Program-made: the position numbers and the translations under genes | Part shown: piece by piece, positions 1 to 7,367 of the stretch | Layout: the number at the start of each line of letters is the position of its first letter | Position numbering within the stretch: the stretch's first letter is position 1 | Origin: a virus | Lineage: Duplodnaviria > Caudoviricetes | Direction: 5' to 3' (one strand) | IMG/VR virus record: IMGVR_UViG_3300028886_003672 | Span: 2,549 to 66,548 of that record | Length of the DNA stretch: 64,000 bases | The notes under the pieces: generated by a model | Databases searched by the model: none | The model's input: only the letters and a program-made list of their open reading frames with translations | What the model was told of the DNA's origin: nothing

Positions 1-2
1 GC

Positions 3-1163
3 GCCAACCTGTGGAACGAGACCAAAGCGTTCCTGGAATCTCATCGTGCCGAAGATGGCACCGTATCCGCCGAGGACAACGCGACCTACGAGAAGATGGA
101 GGCTGACGTAGTCGCTCTCGGCAAGGAAATTGACCGGCTTGAGCGTCAGGCCGCGATCGATCGTGAGATGGATCAGCCGACTGCTTCTCCGTTGGTTTCC
201 CGTCCCGTTGCTCACTCCGCCCAGAAGCAGGGCCGTGCTTCCGACGAGTACAAGACTGCTTTCTGGGGCATGATCCGGAATCGGGTCGCCACTCCGGGTG
301 TGATGAACGCCCTGCAGGTTGGCACCGACTCCGAAGGCGGCTATCTCGTGCCGGACGAGTACGAACGCACCCTGGTGCAGGGTCTCGAGGAGGAGAACGT
401 TCTCCGTTCCCTGTGCACTGTCATCCAGACTAGTTCTGGTGATCGGAAGATCCCGCTGGTGGCTTCCCACGGTACCGCTTCCTGGGTAGATGAAGAAGCC
501 ACGATCCCTGACAGCGATGATGTTTTCGGTCAGATCTCTATCGGTGCTCACAAGGTGGCTACCATGATCAAGGTGTCTGACGAACTTCTGCAGGACAGTG
601 TTTTCAACATTGAAAGCTACATTGCTGCTGAGTTTGCCCGCCGGATCGGTGCTGCCGAAGAGGAAGCCTTCATCACCGGTAATGGCACCGGTAAGCCCAC
701 GGGTCTGCTGCATGCCACAAATGGCGCGGGCATTGGTGTTACCACCAATGGAAACACGCCGACTGCGGACGAGATCTTCGATCTGATCCACTCTATCAAG
801 AGCGTGTACCGGAAGAAGGCCGTCTTCTTGCTCAATGACAGCACCCTGAAGGCCCTTCGGAAACTGAAGGATGGTCAGGGCCAGTACCTCTGGCAGCCGG
901 GTCTCAAGGAAGGTCAGCCGGACACCCTGCTGAATTACCGCCTGGTGACTTCTCCCTTCATGCCGGAAATTGACTCCGGAAACAAGGTGATCCTGTTCGG
1001 CGACTTCAAGTCCTACTGGATTGCTGACCGTCAGGGCCGTTCCTTCCAGCGTCTGAATGAGCTGTATGCCGCTACCGGTCAGGTCGGTTTCCGCGCTACC
1101 CAGCGCGTAGATGGCCGCCTGGTACTGGCTGAGGCCATGAAGTGCCTGGCTGTGAAGGCCTGA
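3..1163 (+). CDS. HK97-family major capsid protein (5' end lies outside the window)
   Basis: Frame is open from base 3, so the ORF-track start at 96 is internal. Motifs GGYLVPDEYE, ASWVDEE, GNGTGKPTG, ILFGDF, GQVGFRATQRVDG. Confidence 0.95.
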   Translation, partial: ANLWNETKAFLESHRAEDGTVSAEDNATYEKMEADVVALGKEIDRLERQAAIDREMDQPTASPLVSRPVAHSAQKQGRASDEYKTAFWGMIRNRVATPGVMNALQVGTDSEGGYLVPDEYERTLVQGLEEENVLRSLCTVIQTSSGDRKIPLVASHGTASWVDEEATIPDSDDVFGQISIGAHKVATMIKVSDELLQDSVFNIESYIAAEFARRIGAAEEEAFITGNGTGKPTGLLHATNGAGIGVTTNGNTPTADEIFDLIHSIKSVYRKKAVFLLNDSTLKALRKLKDGQGQYLWQPGLKEGQPDTLLNYRLVTSPFMPEIDSGNKVILFGDFKSYWIADRQGRSFQRLNELYAATGQVGFRATQRVDGRLVLAEAMKCLAVKA

Positions 1164-1178
1164 TCACTCAACGACCAT

Positions 1179-1205
1179 GGGAGCCGTCTGTAATGGGCGG
1201 CTCCC
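1179..1205 (+). other. GC-rich hairpin after the capsid gene, no U-tract (possible mRNA stabiliser or processing site)
   Basis: GGGAGCCGTCTG-taa-TGGGCGGCTCCC inverted repeat with G-U pairs. Confidence 0.5.
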
Positions 1206-1229
1206 TTCCAGCATTGGAGGTGCTGAGTT

Positions 1230-1892
1230 ATGAGCTATAACGCGAAAAACTATACCGAGCAGGGCGGCGAAGTCACCCATATCGGCGGTAAGCTGGTCTT
1301 CGATGATGGCGGCTGCATTGCCGGTTTTCCCGGTGCGGAGAATCAGGCTGCTGAGACACCCAATAGTGATTCTGCTTCCAAAGTCAGAACAAGCCTAAAT
1401 GATCTGCTCACCAAACTGAAGAATGCGGGCATCATGATCGGCGATACCTGGAGTGTGTCTGTTCTGGCTTGCCCGACGCCTGCTGCCATGCCGACGAGCG
1501 AGACTGCTGCCAACAGCGGCCATGCGACCGTGACTATCGACGGCACGGAGATCACCATTACCCTCAACTGCAAGGTCAGTGAACTGGCCAACGCGAACCA
1601 TGGAGAAACCTGGGGAACGCATAAGTGGTTGGGTTTTGGTGTTCGCACGGGCATTGGATCTGTCGTGGGTGTGAAGTTCACCGATGATACTGGAGCGAGC
1701 GCCACCCTGACTGCGGACGATGCCACTGAGGCGTCTGGACTTGGGCTTTCCGCTGGCGACTTTGTTTTGTACATCAAGGCTGAACAGGAAGGCTATCTCA
1801 CCGGTAAGAAGGGGTTCACCCTGAAGGGCAATGGCTATGCCGAGACCACCTTCACGATGAAGATCGTGGAGCCGACCACGCAGGAGGGATAA
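1230..1892 (+). CDS. head fibre/decoration-like protein with C-terminal extension
   Basis: N-terminus MSYNAKNYTEQGGEVTHIGGKL...LNDLLTKLKNAGIM resembles clostridial phage head-fibre proteins; lies directly after the capsid gene. Confidence 0.6.
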   Translation: MSYNAKNYTEQGGEVTHIGGKLVFDDGGCIAGFPGAENQAAETPNSDSASKVRTSLNDLLTKLKNAGIMIGDTWSVSVLACPTPAAMPTSETAANSGHATVTIDGTEITITLNCKVSELANANHGETWGTHKWLGFGVRTGIGSVVGVKFTDDTGASATLTADDATEASGLGLSAGDFVLYIKAEQEGYLTGKKGFTLKGNGYAETTFTMKIVEPTTQEG

Positions 1893-1895
1893 GTC

Positions 1896-2165
1896 ATGTC
1901 GAAGTGCTATTTTGCCCATGGCGGTAATGAACTGGTCATCGGCGGGAAGCTGACCTTCCTGCCCGGTGCCAGTGTGGAAGGCGGCGAGGGACTGTTCGAT
2001 CTTCCTCCCGGAGGTGAAACTGTCACGCTGCCCTTTCTGGCTGACAGCACGGCGACCACCGTAGCCCAGCTCCGCGAGGACTACAACCGCCTGCTGTCCG
2101 TACTGCGGGATGCCGGGATTATCGCGCCTCTTCAGGAGGTGATCCCCGATGATCGTGACGGTTGA
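1896..2165 (+). CDS. second head fibre-like protein (short paralogue)
   Basis: GGNELVIGGKL and YNRLLSVLRDAGII mirror motifs of the upstream gene. Confidence 0.55.
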   Translation: MSKCYFAHGGNELVIGGKLTFLPGASVEGGEGLFDLPPGGETVTLPFLADSTATTVAQLREDYNRLLSVLRDAGIIAPLQEVIPDDRDG

Positions 2166-2457
2166 TGAGGTAAAAACCCATCTGCGTATTGAACACAATG
2201 AGGAAGACAGCTATATCGAAGGCCTGATCAAACAGGCTCAGGCGGAGGCGGAGGATTACTGCCGGGTTTCTTTCGAGGAACCCGACGAGGAAGATAATAT
2301 CCCGGATGCTCCTGAGCCTGTCCGGCTGGCCGTCATCCTCATGACCAGTTTCTACTATGAAAACCGGGATATCCCGGACATGACGACTTACAAAGCAACC
2401 CGTATGGCGTTTGACAATCTGCTGTATCGGTATCGTGATCCCGCAAAGATGTTCTGA
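2149..2457 (+). CDS. head-tail connector (HK97 gp6/SPP1 gp15-like)
   Basis: VTVDEVKTHLRIEH..ED.YI..LI..A motif; synteny. Confidence 0.9.
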   Translation: MIVTVDEVKTHLRIEHNEEDSYIEGLIKQAQAEAEDYCRVSFEEPDEEDNIPDAPEPVRLAVILMTSFYYENRDIPDMTTYKATRMAFDNLLYRYRDPAKMF

Positions 2458-2472
2458 CGGAGGTGATGATCA

Positions 2473-2832
2473 ATGCGAGGTTACAAAAACTTCGAAAGCG
2501 ATCCTCACCCCGGAGAACTCCGACATAAGATCGAGATTGGCTATACAGAGAACACCATCAACGAAAACGGCTATCCCGCCCCGACAGATGTCTTGGTCTG
2601 CCGGGTATGGGCCGCTGTGACGGACGCTGGAAACCAGCACTACCGGGCTGCCGACGTCATGAACACCGAGGCTGTCATCAACTTTACCATCCGGTACCGG
2701 GAGGACATCAAGCCCGGGATGTGGGTGCGCTTTCAGGGAGATAAATGGAATATCTCAACTCTGGGCGAGTATAGCTTCAAACGCACCTACCTCGGCCTGA
2801 AGGCTTCCCTTGCCAAGGGGGTGAGCGGATGA
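2473..2832 (+). CDS. head closure/head-tail adaptor (SPP1 gp16-like)
   Basis: PGELRHKIEI, VWAAV, FTIRYREDI motifs; synteny. Confidence 0.85.
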   Translation: MRGYKNFESDPHPGELRHKIEIGYTENTINENGYPAPTDVLVCRVWAAVTDAGNQHYRAADVMNTEAVINFTIRYREDIKPGMWVRFQGDKWNISTLGEYSFKRTYLGLKASLAKGVSG

Positions 2833-3194
2833 AACAGGTACAGCAGGCGCTGGCGAACATCGGTATTCCTGTATACGCTGGTATATGGCGGGCAACCTCG
2901 CCCAACCAGAACCCTCCGGAACAGTACTGCGTTTACTCCACGACAACCACGGAAGGAAGCCATCACGACGATCATGTGACTTCCTTCCGCACTTTTGTCT
3001 ATCTGAACCTGTGGAGCGATACCGATCCGACCGATATGGCGGATACGATCCGGGCAGCCATGTACCAGTACGGCTTTACGATGGTAGAAGAATCCGACAA
3101 GGGTTACAACCAGCCAGCCTACGATACCGCCACCCGGCAATACACAGTCCAGTGGACATGGTGCTGGAGGGAGGATGTGGAGTATGGCAATTGA
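2829..3194 (+). CDS. putative tail terminator/completion protein
   Basis: Position in the neck module; size and acidic composition fit. Confidence 0.6.
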   Translation: MKQVQQALANIGIPVYAGIWRATSPNQNPPEQYCVYSTTTTEGSHHDDHVTSFRTFVYLNLWSDTDPTDMADTIRAAMYQYGFTMVEESDKGYNQPAYDTATRQYTVQWTWCWREDVEYGN

Positions 3195-3594
3195 ACTCCA
3201 GGGCTTTGACGATCTGAAGAATGACCTGACCAATATGGCTTACGCGCTGGATCAGGGTCCTGGTGTGAACCGTGCCCTGAAAGCTGGCGCTGTTCCCATT
3301 GAACAGCAGATGCTTCACAACGCCAGCACTGACCCGAAGATCATCACGGATGCCCTGCACTCTTCTATCCATACCGGCAGTGTGAAGAAACGGCGCGGCA
3401 GCGGAAAGATGATCACCATCGGCGTTCACCACAGCGAGAAAGGCGCGTACTACGCAAACCCTGTAGAGTTTGGCCATGGCGGTCCCGCCCCAGCTCCCGC
3501 GCATCCTTTTGTCCGTCCTGCCTTTGATACCCGGGCTGATGAGGCCTATGAAGAAATGAAGCGCGTCCTCCGAGACGAGCTCAAAAACCGATGA
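3184..3594 (+). CDS. HK97 gp10-family neck protein
   Basis: YYANPVEFGH and PAHPFVRPAFD motifs; ATG 3184 follows GGAGG. Confidence 0.85.
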   Translation: MAIELQGFDDLKNDLTNMAYALDQGPGVNRALKAGAVPIEQQMLHNASTDPKIITDALHSSIHTGSVKKRRGSGKMITIGVHHSEKGAYYANPVEFGHGGPAPAPAHPFVRPAFDTRADEAYEEMKRVLRDELKNR

Positions 3595-3612
3595 ATTTGG
3601 AGGTAAAAGATT

Positions 3613-4221
3613 ATGCCTAGCAATCCTACCGCTTCTCCGACTGTTTCTTCTACGGTCGGCCTGAAGAACATGGTGATCGCCCCGCTGACGGTCGACACCG
3701 AGGAAACCCTGACCTATGGAGATCTGCAACTGGTGGCTGGCGCTATTGAGGCGACCATCACTCCGGACAATGCCGATCCGGATATCCAGTATGCGGACGA
3801 CATCGAGTTCGATGTCCTGTACCCTGATCCTGAACTGACCTTCACCACGAAGATGGCGGACATTCCGCTTGCCATCCAGGAGATGATCTTCGGCAACAAC
3901 ATCGACGACAATGGCGTTCTGATTCGGACTTCCACGGACAAGCCCCCTTACTTCGCTGTCGGCTTCAAGAGTGAGAAGTCCAACGGCAAGTTCCGCTTCG
4001 TGTGGCTGTACAAAGTGCGGGCGAAACCCCTCACTGAGAACTATGCCACAAAGGAAGGCACAACCATCAACCGCCAGACCGGTGAGGTTGAATGGACCGC
4101 GATTAAGCGCACCCACGATTCCCGGTACCAGGCTGTTGCCGATGAGGGTGAAAACGGCTTTACCGCCGCCATGGGAGAAACCTTCCTGACGAGCGTGTAC
4201 ACGCCCAGCTTCACCCCGTAA
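3613..4221 (+). CDS. major tail protein (phi13 family, siphovirus)
   Basis: VGLKNMVIAPL, YADDIE, PYFAVGFKSEKSNG..RFVWLYK. Confidence 0.9.
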   Translation: MPSNPTASPTVSSTVGLKNMVIAPLTVDTEETLTYGDLQLVAGAIEATITPDNADPDIQYADDIEFDVLYPDPELTFTTKMADIPLAIQEMIFGNNIDDNGVLIRTSTDKPPYFAVGFKSEKSNGKFRFVWLYKVRAKPLTENYATKEGTTINRQTGEVEWTAIKRTHDSRYQAVADEGENGFTAAMGETFLTSVYTPSFTP

Positions 4222-4234
4222 TCCCCATAACTCC

Positions 4235-4271
4235 GCTGCCGCATAGACATGACGCTGTGCGGCAGCATTTT
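4235..4271 (+). terminator. intrinsic terminator after the major tail gene
   Basis: GCTGCCGCATAG / CTGTGCGGCAGC stem followed by a T-run. Confidence 0.7.
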
Positions 4272-4294
4272 ATTCTGTGATGGAGGAATTGATC

Positions 4295-4693
4295 ATGATC
4301 ACATGCACTCTTGGTGAAAAGAAATACACCATGGACTTTGTTTCCGGCAGGGCACTGCGGGAAATGGAGCCTGCCGCGAAGACCTATGGCAAACTGGTTC
4401 GTCTGTCCCAGGATGCCGTGGAAGGGAAAGACATTGCTGAAGAACAGATGACAGTGACAGACGCTCTGGACACCATGGTGAAATGGTTCTGCATCCTGTT
4501 CAACAACCAGTTCACCCCGGATGAAGTGTACGACAATTATCCCGCCGACCGGTTGATGCACGATATCGCGCTGGCCCTGATGGCGGTTCAGACCCAGACC
4601 ACTGAGGTGCTGGATTCTTTCCCTACGATTCCGGTGACGCAGGAAGCGGAGGAGATCCTCCAGACGATCACTCCGATCGCTCCGGAACCCTGA
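4295..4693 (+). CDS. tail assembly chaperone (lambda gpG analogue)
   Basis: Lies between major tail and tape measure genes; RBS GGAGG 8 nt before ATG 4295. Confidence 0.8.
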   Translation: MITCTLGEKKYTMDFVSGRALREMEPAAKTYGKLVRLSQDAVEGKDIAEEQMTVTDALDTMVKWFCILFNNQFTPDEVYDNYPADRLMHDIALALMAVQTQTTEVLDSFPTIPVTQEAEEILQTITPIAPEP

Positions 4694-4884
4694 CGCTGCC
4701 GGAATACATCTACGCCACATACAACGAGCTGATGAAAAATGGCTGGCGGATGAAGGAAATCGACGAAATGGACATGCTGAGCTTCCTGCGCCTGCGGGCA
4801 TGGGACGCCCAGCGGGAACATGAAAAGAAAAAGCCTCGCCGTGCTTTCATCGACGAGGTATGGGGATCGGTGAAGCCAGGGTAA
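4618..4884 (+). CDS. -1 frameshift extension of the tail chaperone (gpGT analogue)
   Basis: Heptamer T TTC CCT at 4618-4624; -1 frame is open from 4606 to TAA 4884 and encodes ...TLPEYIYATYNELMKNGWRMKEIDEMD...FIDEVW. Confidence 0.75.
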   Translation, partial: FPYDSGDAGSGGDPPDDHSDRSGTLTLPEYIYATYNELMKNGWRMKEIDEMDMLSFLRLRAWDAQREHEKKKPRRAFIDEVWGSVKPG

Positions 4885-5238
4885 TTATCCCATGATCGCA
4901 TCCCCGCCGGTATACTCCTCCAGAGAGTTCTCCCGAACCTGGATGCAAGCCCAGCTGACAGGTGAATCAGCGGCGGCGCTGAACTGTCGCTTCACTGCGG
5001 GCGCTACCCTGATCACATCTCCGGCGGCAAAATCAACTTTTTCGCCGTCGAGCACAGCGCTGCCCTTGCCGGACAGGATGATGTAGATTTCCTCATTCTT
5101 CTTATGGGCATGTACGAAAGGCACACCCGCACCTGCGGGAAGGTTGTTGATGCTGATCTCCGCGCCAGTCAATCCCAGCACGTCGTGCAGTTCGGTTCTC
5201 GGGTCCTGCTTAGCGTTCCACTTGCTGAAGTTTGCCAT
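4885..5238 (-). CDS. cupin-domain protein
   Basis: VPFVHAHKKNEEIYIILSGKG and GDVIRV cupin motifs; likely ATG at 5238. Confidence 0.85.
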   Translation of the reverse strand: MANFSKWNAKQDPRTELHDVLGLTGAEISINNLPAGAGVPFVHAHKKNEEIYIILSGKGSAVLDGEKVDFAAGDVIRVAPAVKRQFSAAADSPVSWACIQVRENSLEEYTGGDAIMG

Positions 5239-5239
5239 G

Positions 5240-6163
5240 TCAGTTTTCCTCCTTCTTATTTCGAACTCCCGTATTCTGGGAGCCTCGTACCTCTTCATGA
5301 TAGAAGTAATCCACGATGGTTGGATGTCCCTGCGGCACTCGCTCGTAGGGTGTTTCATTGTCCACGAAGCGGCAGCCGTATCTGTGAGCCATATCTTCGG
5401 CTTTCTTTTCAAGAACTTCAAAATAGCCGCGATTCCGCTTTCCGTAGATTTCCTCATACAGCGGCAACAGATGCGGATACTTCGCCGCGATATAATCCAT
5501 GATCGTCTTCCTGAATCCGCCGCGCAGGTTCAGGTTCTCAAGCCAGACCAGGTCGCACTGATCCTTCGCTCGTTCGAAGATCGCCTCAATGTCCGTAATC
5601 CCGGGGAACACCGGAGAAATGAAGCATACCGTCCGGATGCCCGCGTCATAAACCTGCTTCATGGCTGCGAGGCGTCTTTCAATGCTAACCGCCGCATCCA
5701 TGTCGTTTTTGAAGTTCTCATCCAGCGTATTGACCGACCAAGAGACGGTCAGGCGGTTTCGTCGGTTAATTTCCATCAGCAGATCCATGTCCCGCAGCAC
5801 CAGATCAGACTTGGTGCAGATCAGGATATCCGCGCCGCTGTTCTTCAGCTGTTCCAGCAGAAGACGGGTCTTCCCAAACTTCTCCTCTAACGGGTTATAT
5901 CCGTCGGTAACCGTTCCAACGATGACCTTCTGTCCTGCGTATTTACGAGGATTGGTGATGACAGGCCATTCCTTCACATCCATGAAGGTACCCCAGTCCT
6001 CGGTGTGCCCGGTAAACCGCTTCATAAAGCTGGCATAGCAGTATTTGCAGGCATGAGGACAGCCAACATACGGATTGACCGAATAGCCGCCCAGCGGCGC
6101 GTTGGATTTGGTCATGATACTCTTCGTCTGCACTAAGCCTATTTTGATTTCCGGCTGTTCCAT
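5240..6163 (-). CDS. radical SAM 'mobile pair' protein B (SplB-like radical SAM)
   Basis: NPYVGCPHACKYCYA CxxxCxxC motif; likely start MEQPEIK at 6163. Confidence 0.85.
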   Translation of the reverse strand: MEQPEIKIGLVQTKSIMTKSNAPLGGYSVNPYVGCPHACKYCYASFMKRFTGHTEDWGTFMDVKEWPVITNPRKYAGQKVIVGTVTDGYNPLEEKFGKTRLLLEQLKNSGADILICTKSDLVLRDMDLLMEINRRNRLTVSWSVNTLDENFKNDMDAAVSIERRLAAMKQVYDAGIRTVCFISPVFPGITDIEAIFERAKDQCDLVWLENLNLRGGFRKTIMDYIAAKYPHLLPLYEEIYGKRNRGYFEVLEKKAEDMAHRYGCRFVDNETPYERVPQGHPTIVDYFYHEEVRGSQNTGVRNKKEEN

Positions 6164-6840
6164 ACTCTCTGTTCCTCCAATACATGATGGAATGCTTCTG
6201 GCAATTCCTGAATCATGGCGCTCTCGCCCATTATGGGCAACAAGTCTTCCTTCCAGAAGACGGGTATATTGTTTGCGTGCGCCTGATCTGTAAGAGAAAG
6301 CGCCCAGGCTGGCTCCGTTCTGATATTCCTGCTCTGTGGGCCGGTCATGGTGCCGACCACAATCCATCCGATGCCGGAAAGATCGACCGTTTCCGGATCG
6401 TCAAACAGCGGCTCGAATGTGATGTGATAATGCTTTGCCCGGACATTTTTCCGAAGGGCGTCGATACGCCAAAGTTCTGATTTCCTTGTGACCGTCACGC
6501 CAAACCAGGCGTTGTCCAGATCCGTATCGAAGTCCAGCAGATCAGGCCGCTTGGACAGAAACAAAAACTGATGCTGCGGATTGGCGGCAATTTTCGCGAA
6601 AACCTGCTCGCGCCATTCATCTTGCCACCCCGCCAGATCACTCATACCGGTCAGCAGATAGTTATGCGGACAGGGCTTGTCCATCAGGCGTATCTTATCG
6701 GGGAAGAATTCGGGATGGGCAAAGTCATCGATCATATGCCAGCGCTTCACGTTGTTTCGCGCATAGCAGTAGGTGCAGCCCACCGTACAGCCGATCACCA
6801 GATTCATGTTCTGAATCAGGTCTTTGATGCATACGCTCAT
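6139..6840 (-). CDS. radical SAM 'mobile pair' protein A (DUF5131/gp37-gp68-like)
   Basis: IGCTVGCTYCYARN, FLFLSKRP, FEPL, WIVVG motifs; in tandem with a second radical SAM gene. Confidence 0.85.
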   Translation of the reverse strand: MSVCIKDLIQNMNLVIGCTVGCTYCYARNNVKRWHMIDDFAHPEFFPDKIRLMDKPCPHNYLLTGMSDLAGWQDEWREQVFAKIAANPQHQFLFLSKRPDLLDFDTDLDNAWFGVTVTRKSELWRIDALRKNVRAKHYHITFEPLFDDPETVDLSGIGWIVVGTMTGPQSRNIRTEPAWALSLTDQAHANNIPVFWKEDLLPIMGESAMIQELPEAFHHVLEEQRVWNSRKSK

Positions 6841-7274
6841 GACTTCAGTTTCTCCTCCAAATTCTCCTGAACTCGCTGCAAGAAGGATTCAAACTGTATG
6901 ATTTCATCCTCTGTGAAGCCCTGATAGTAAATCCCGCTCATCTGCTCGGAAACTGCGGCATAATCATTTTTCAGCGCCTTTGTATTTTCTGTCAGATAAA
7001 GAAGGGTTTTGCGCTTATCTTTCTCATCCTGAACCCTGCGGATCAGACCTTGCTTTTCCATCCTTTCAAGCATAGTTGTCAGAGAAGTAATCGCCAGCCC
7101 GCATCTGTCAGAAATCACTTTGATCGGGATACCATCCTGCTGCCAGAGAACATATAGGATCCGCCCCTGTGCGCCGTTAAAGGCATCAATCCCTTTTTCG
7201 GTCAGCACCTTTTCAAAGATCCGGTCACCCAGCTGCTTGATTTTTGTGACCAGGAATCCGCCATTTGTCTCCAT
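6837..7274 (-). CDS. MarR-family regulator of the radical SAM pair
   Basis: wHTH pattern SLTTMLERMEKQGLIRR...DKRKTLLYLT. Confidence 0.9.
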   Translation of the reverse strand: METNGGFLVTKIKQLGDRIFEKVLTEKGIDAFNGAQGRILYVLWQQDGIPIKVISDRCGLAITSLTTMLERMEKQGLIRRVQDEKDKRKTLLYLTENTKALKNDYAAVSEQMSGIYYQGFTEDEIIQFESFLQRVQENLEEKLKS

Positions 7275-7302
7275 AAAACCCTCCTATATAGGATTTGTTC
7301 AG

Positions 7303-7331
7303 ATTCTACCATATAGGATTATTTCTGTCAA
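7303..7331 (-). promoter_or_regulatory. sigmaA promoter of the MarR cassette
   Basis: Minus strand TTGACA (7331-7326), 17 bp, TAGAAT (7308-7303) with TG extension; RBS AGGAGG at 7285-7280. Confidence 0.8.
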
Positions 7332-7367
7332 CCAATAAATCACAATCATAAAAGAAGGTGAAATCTC

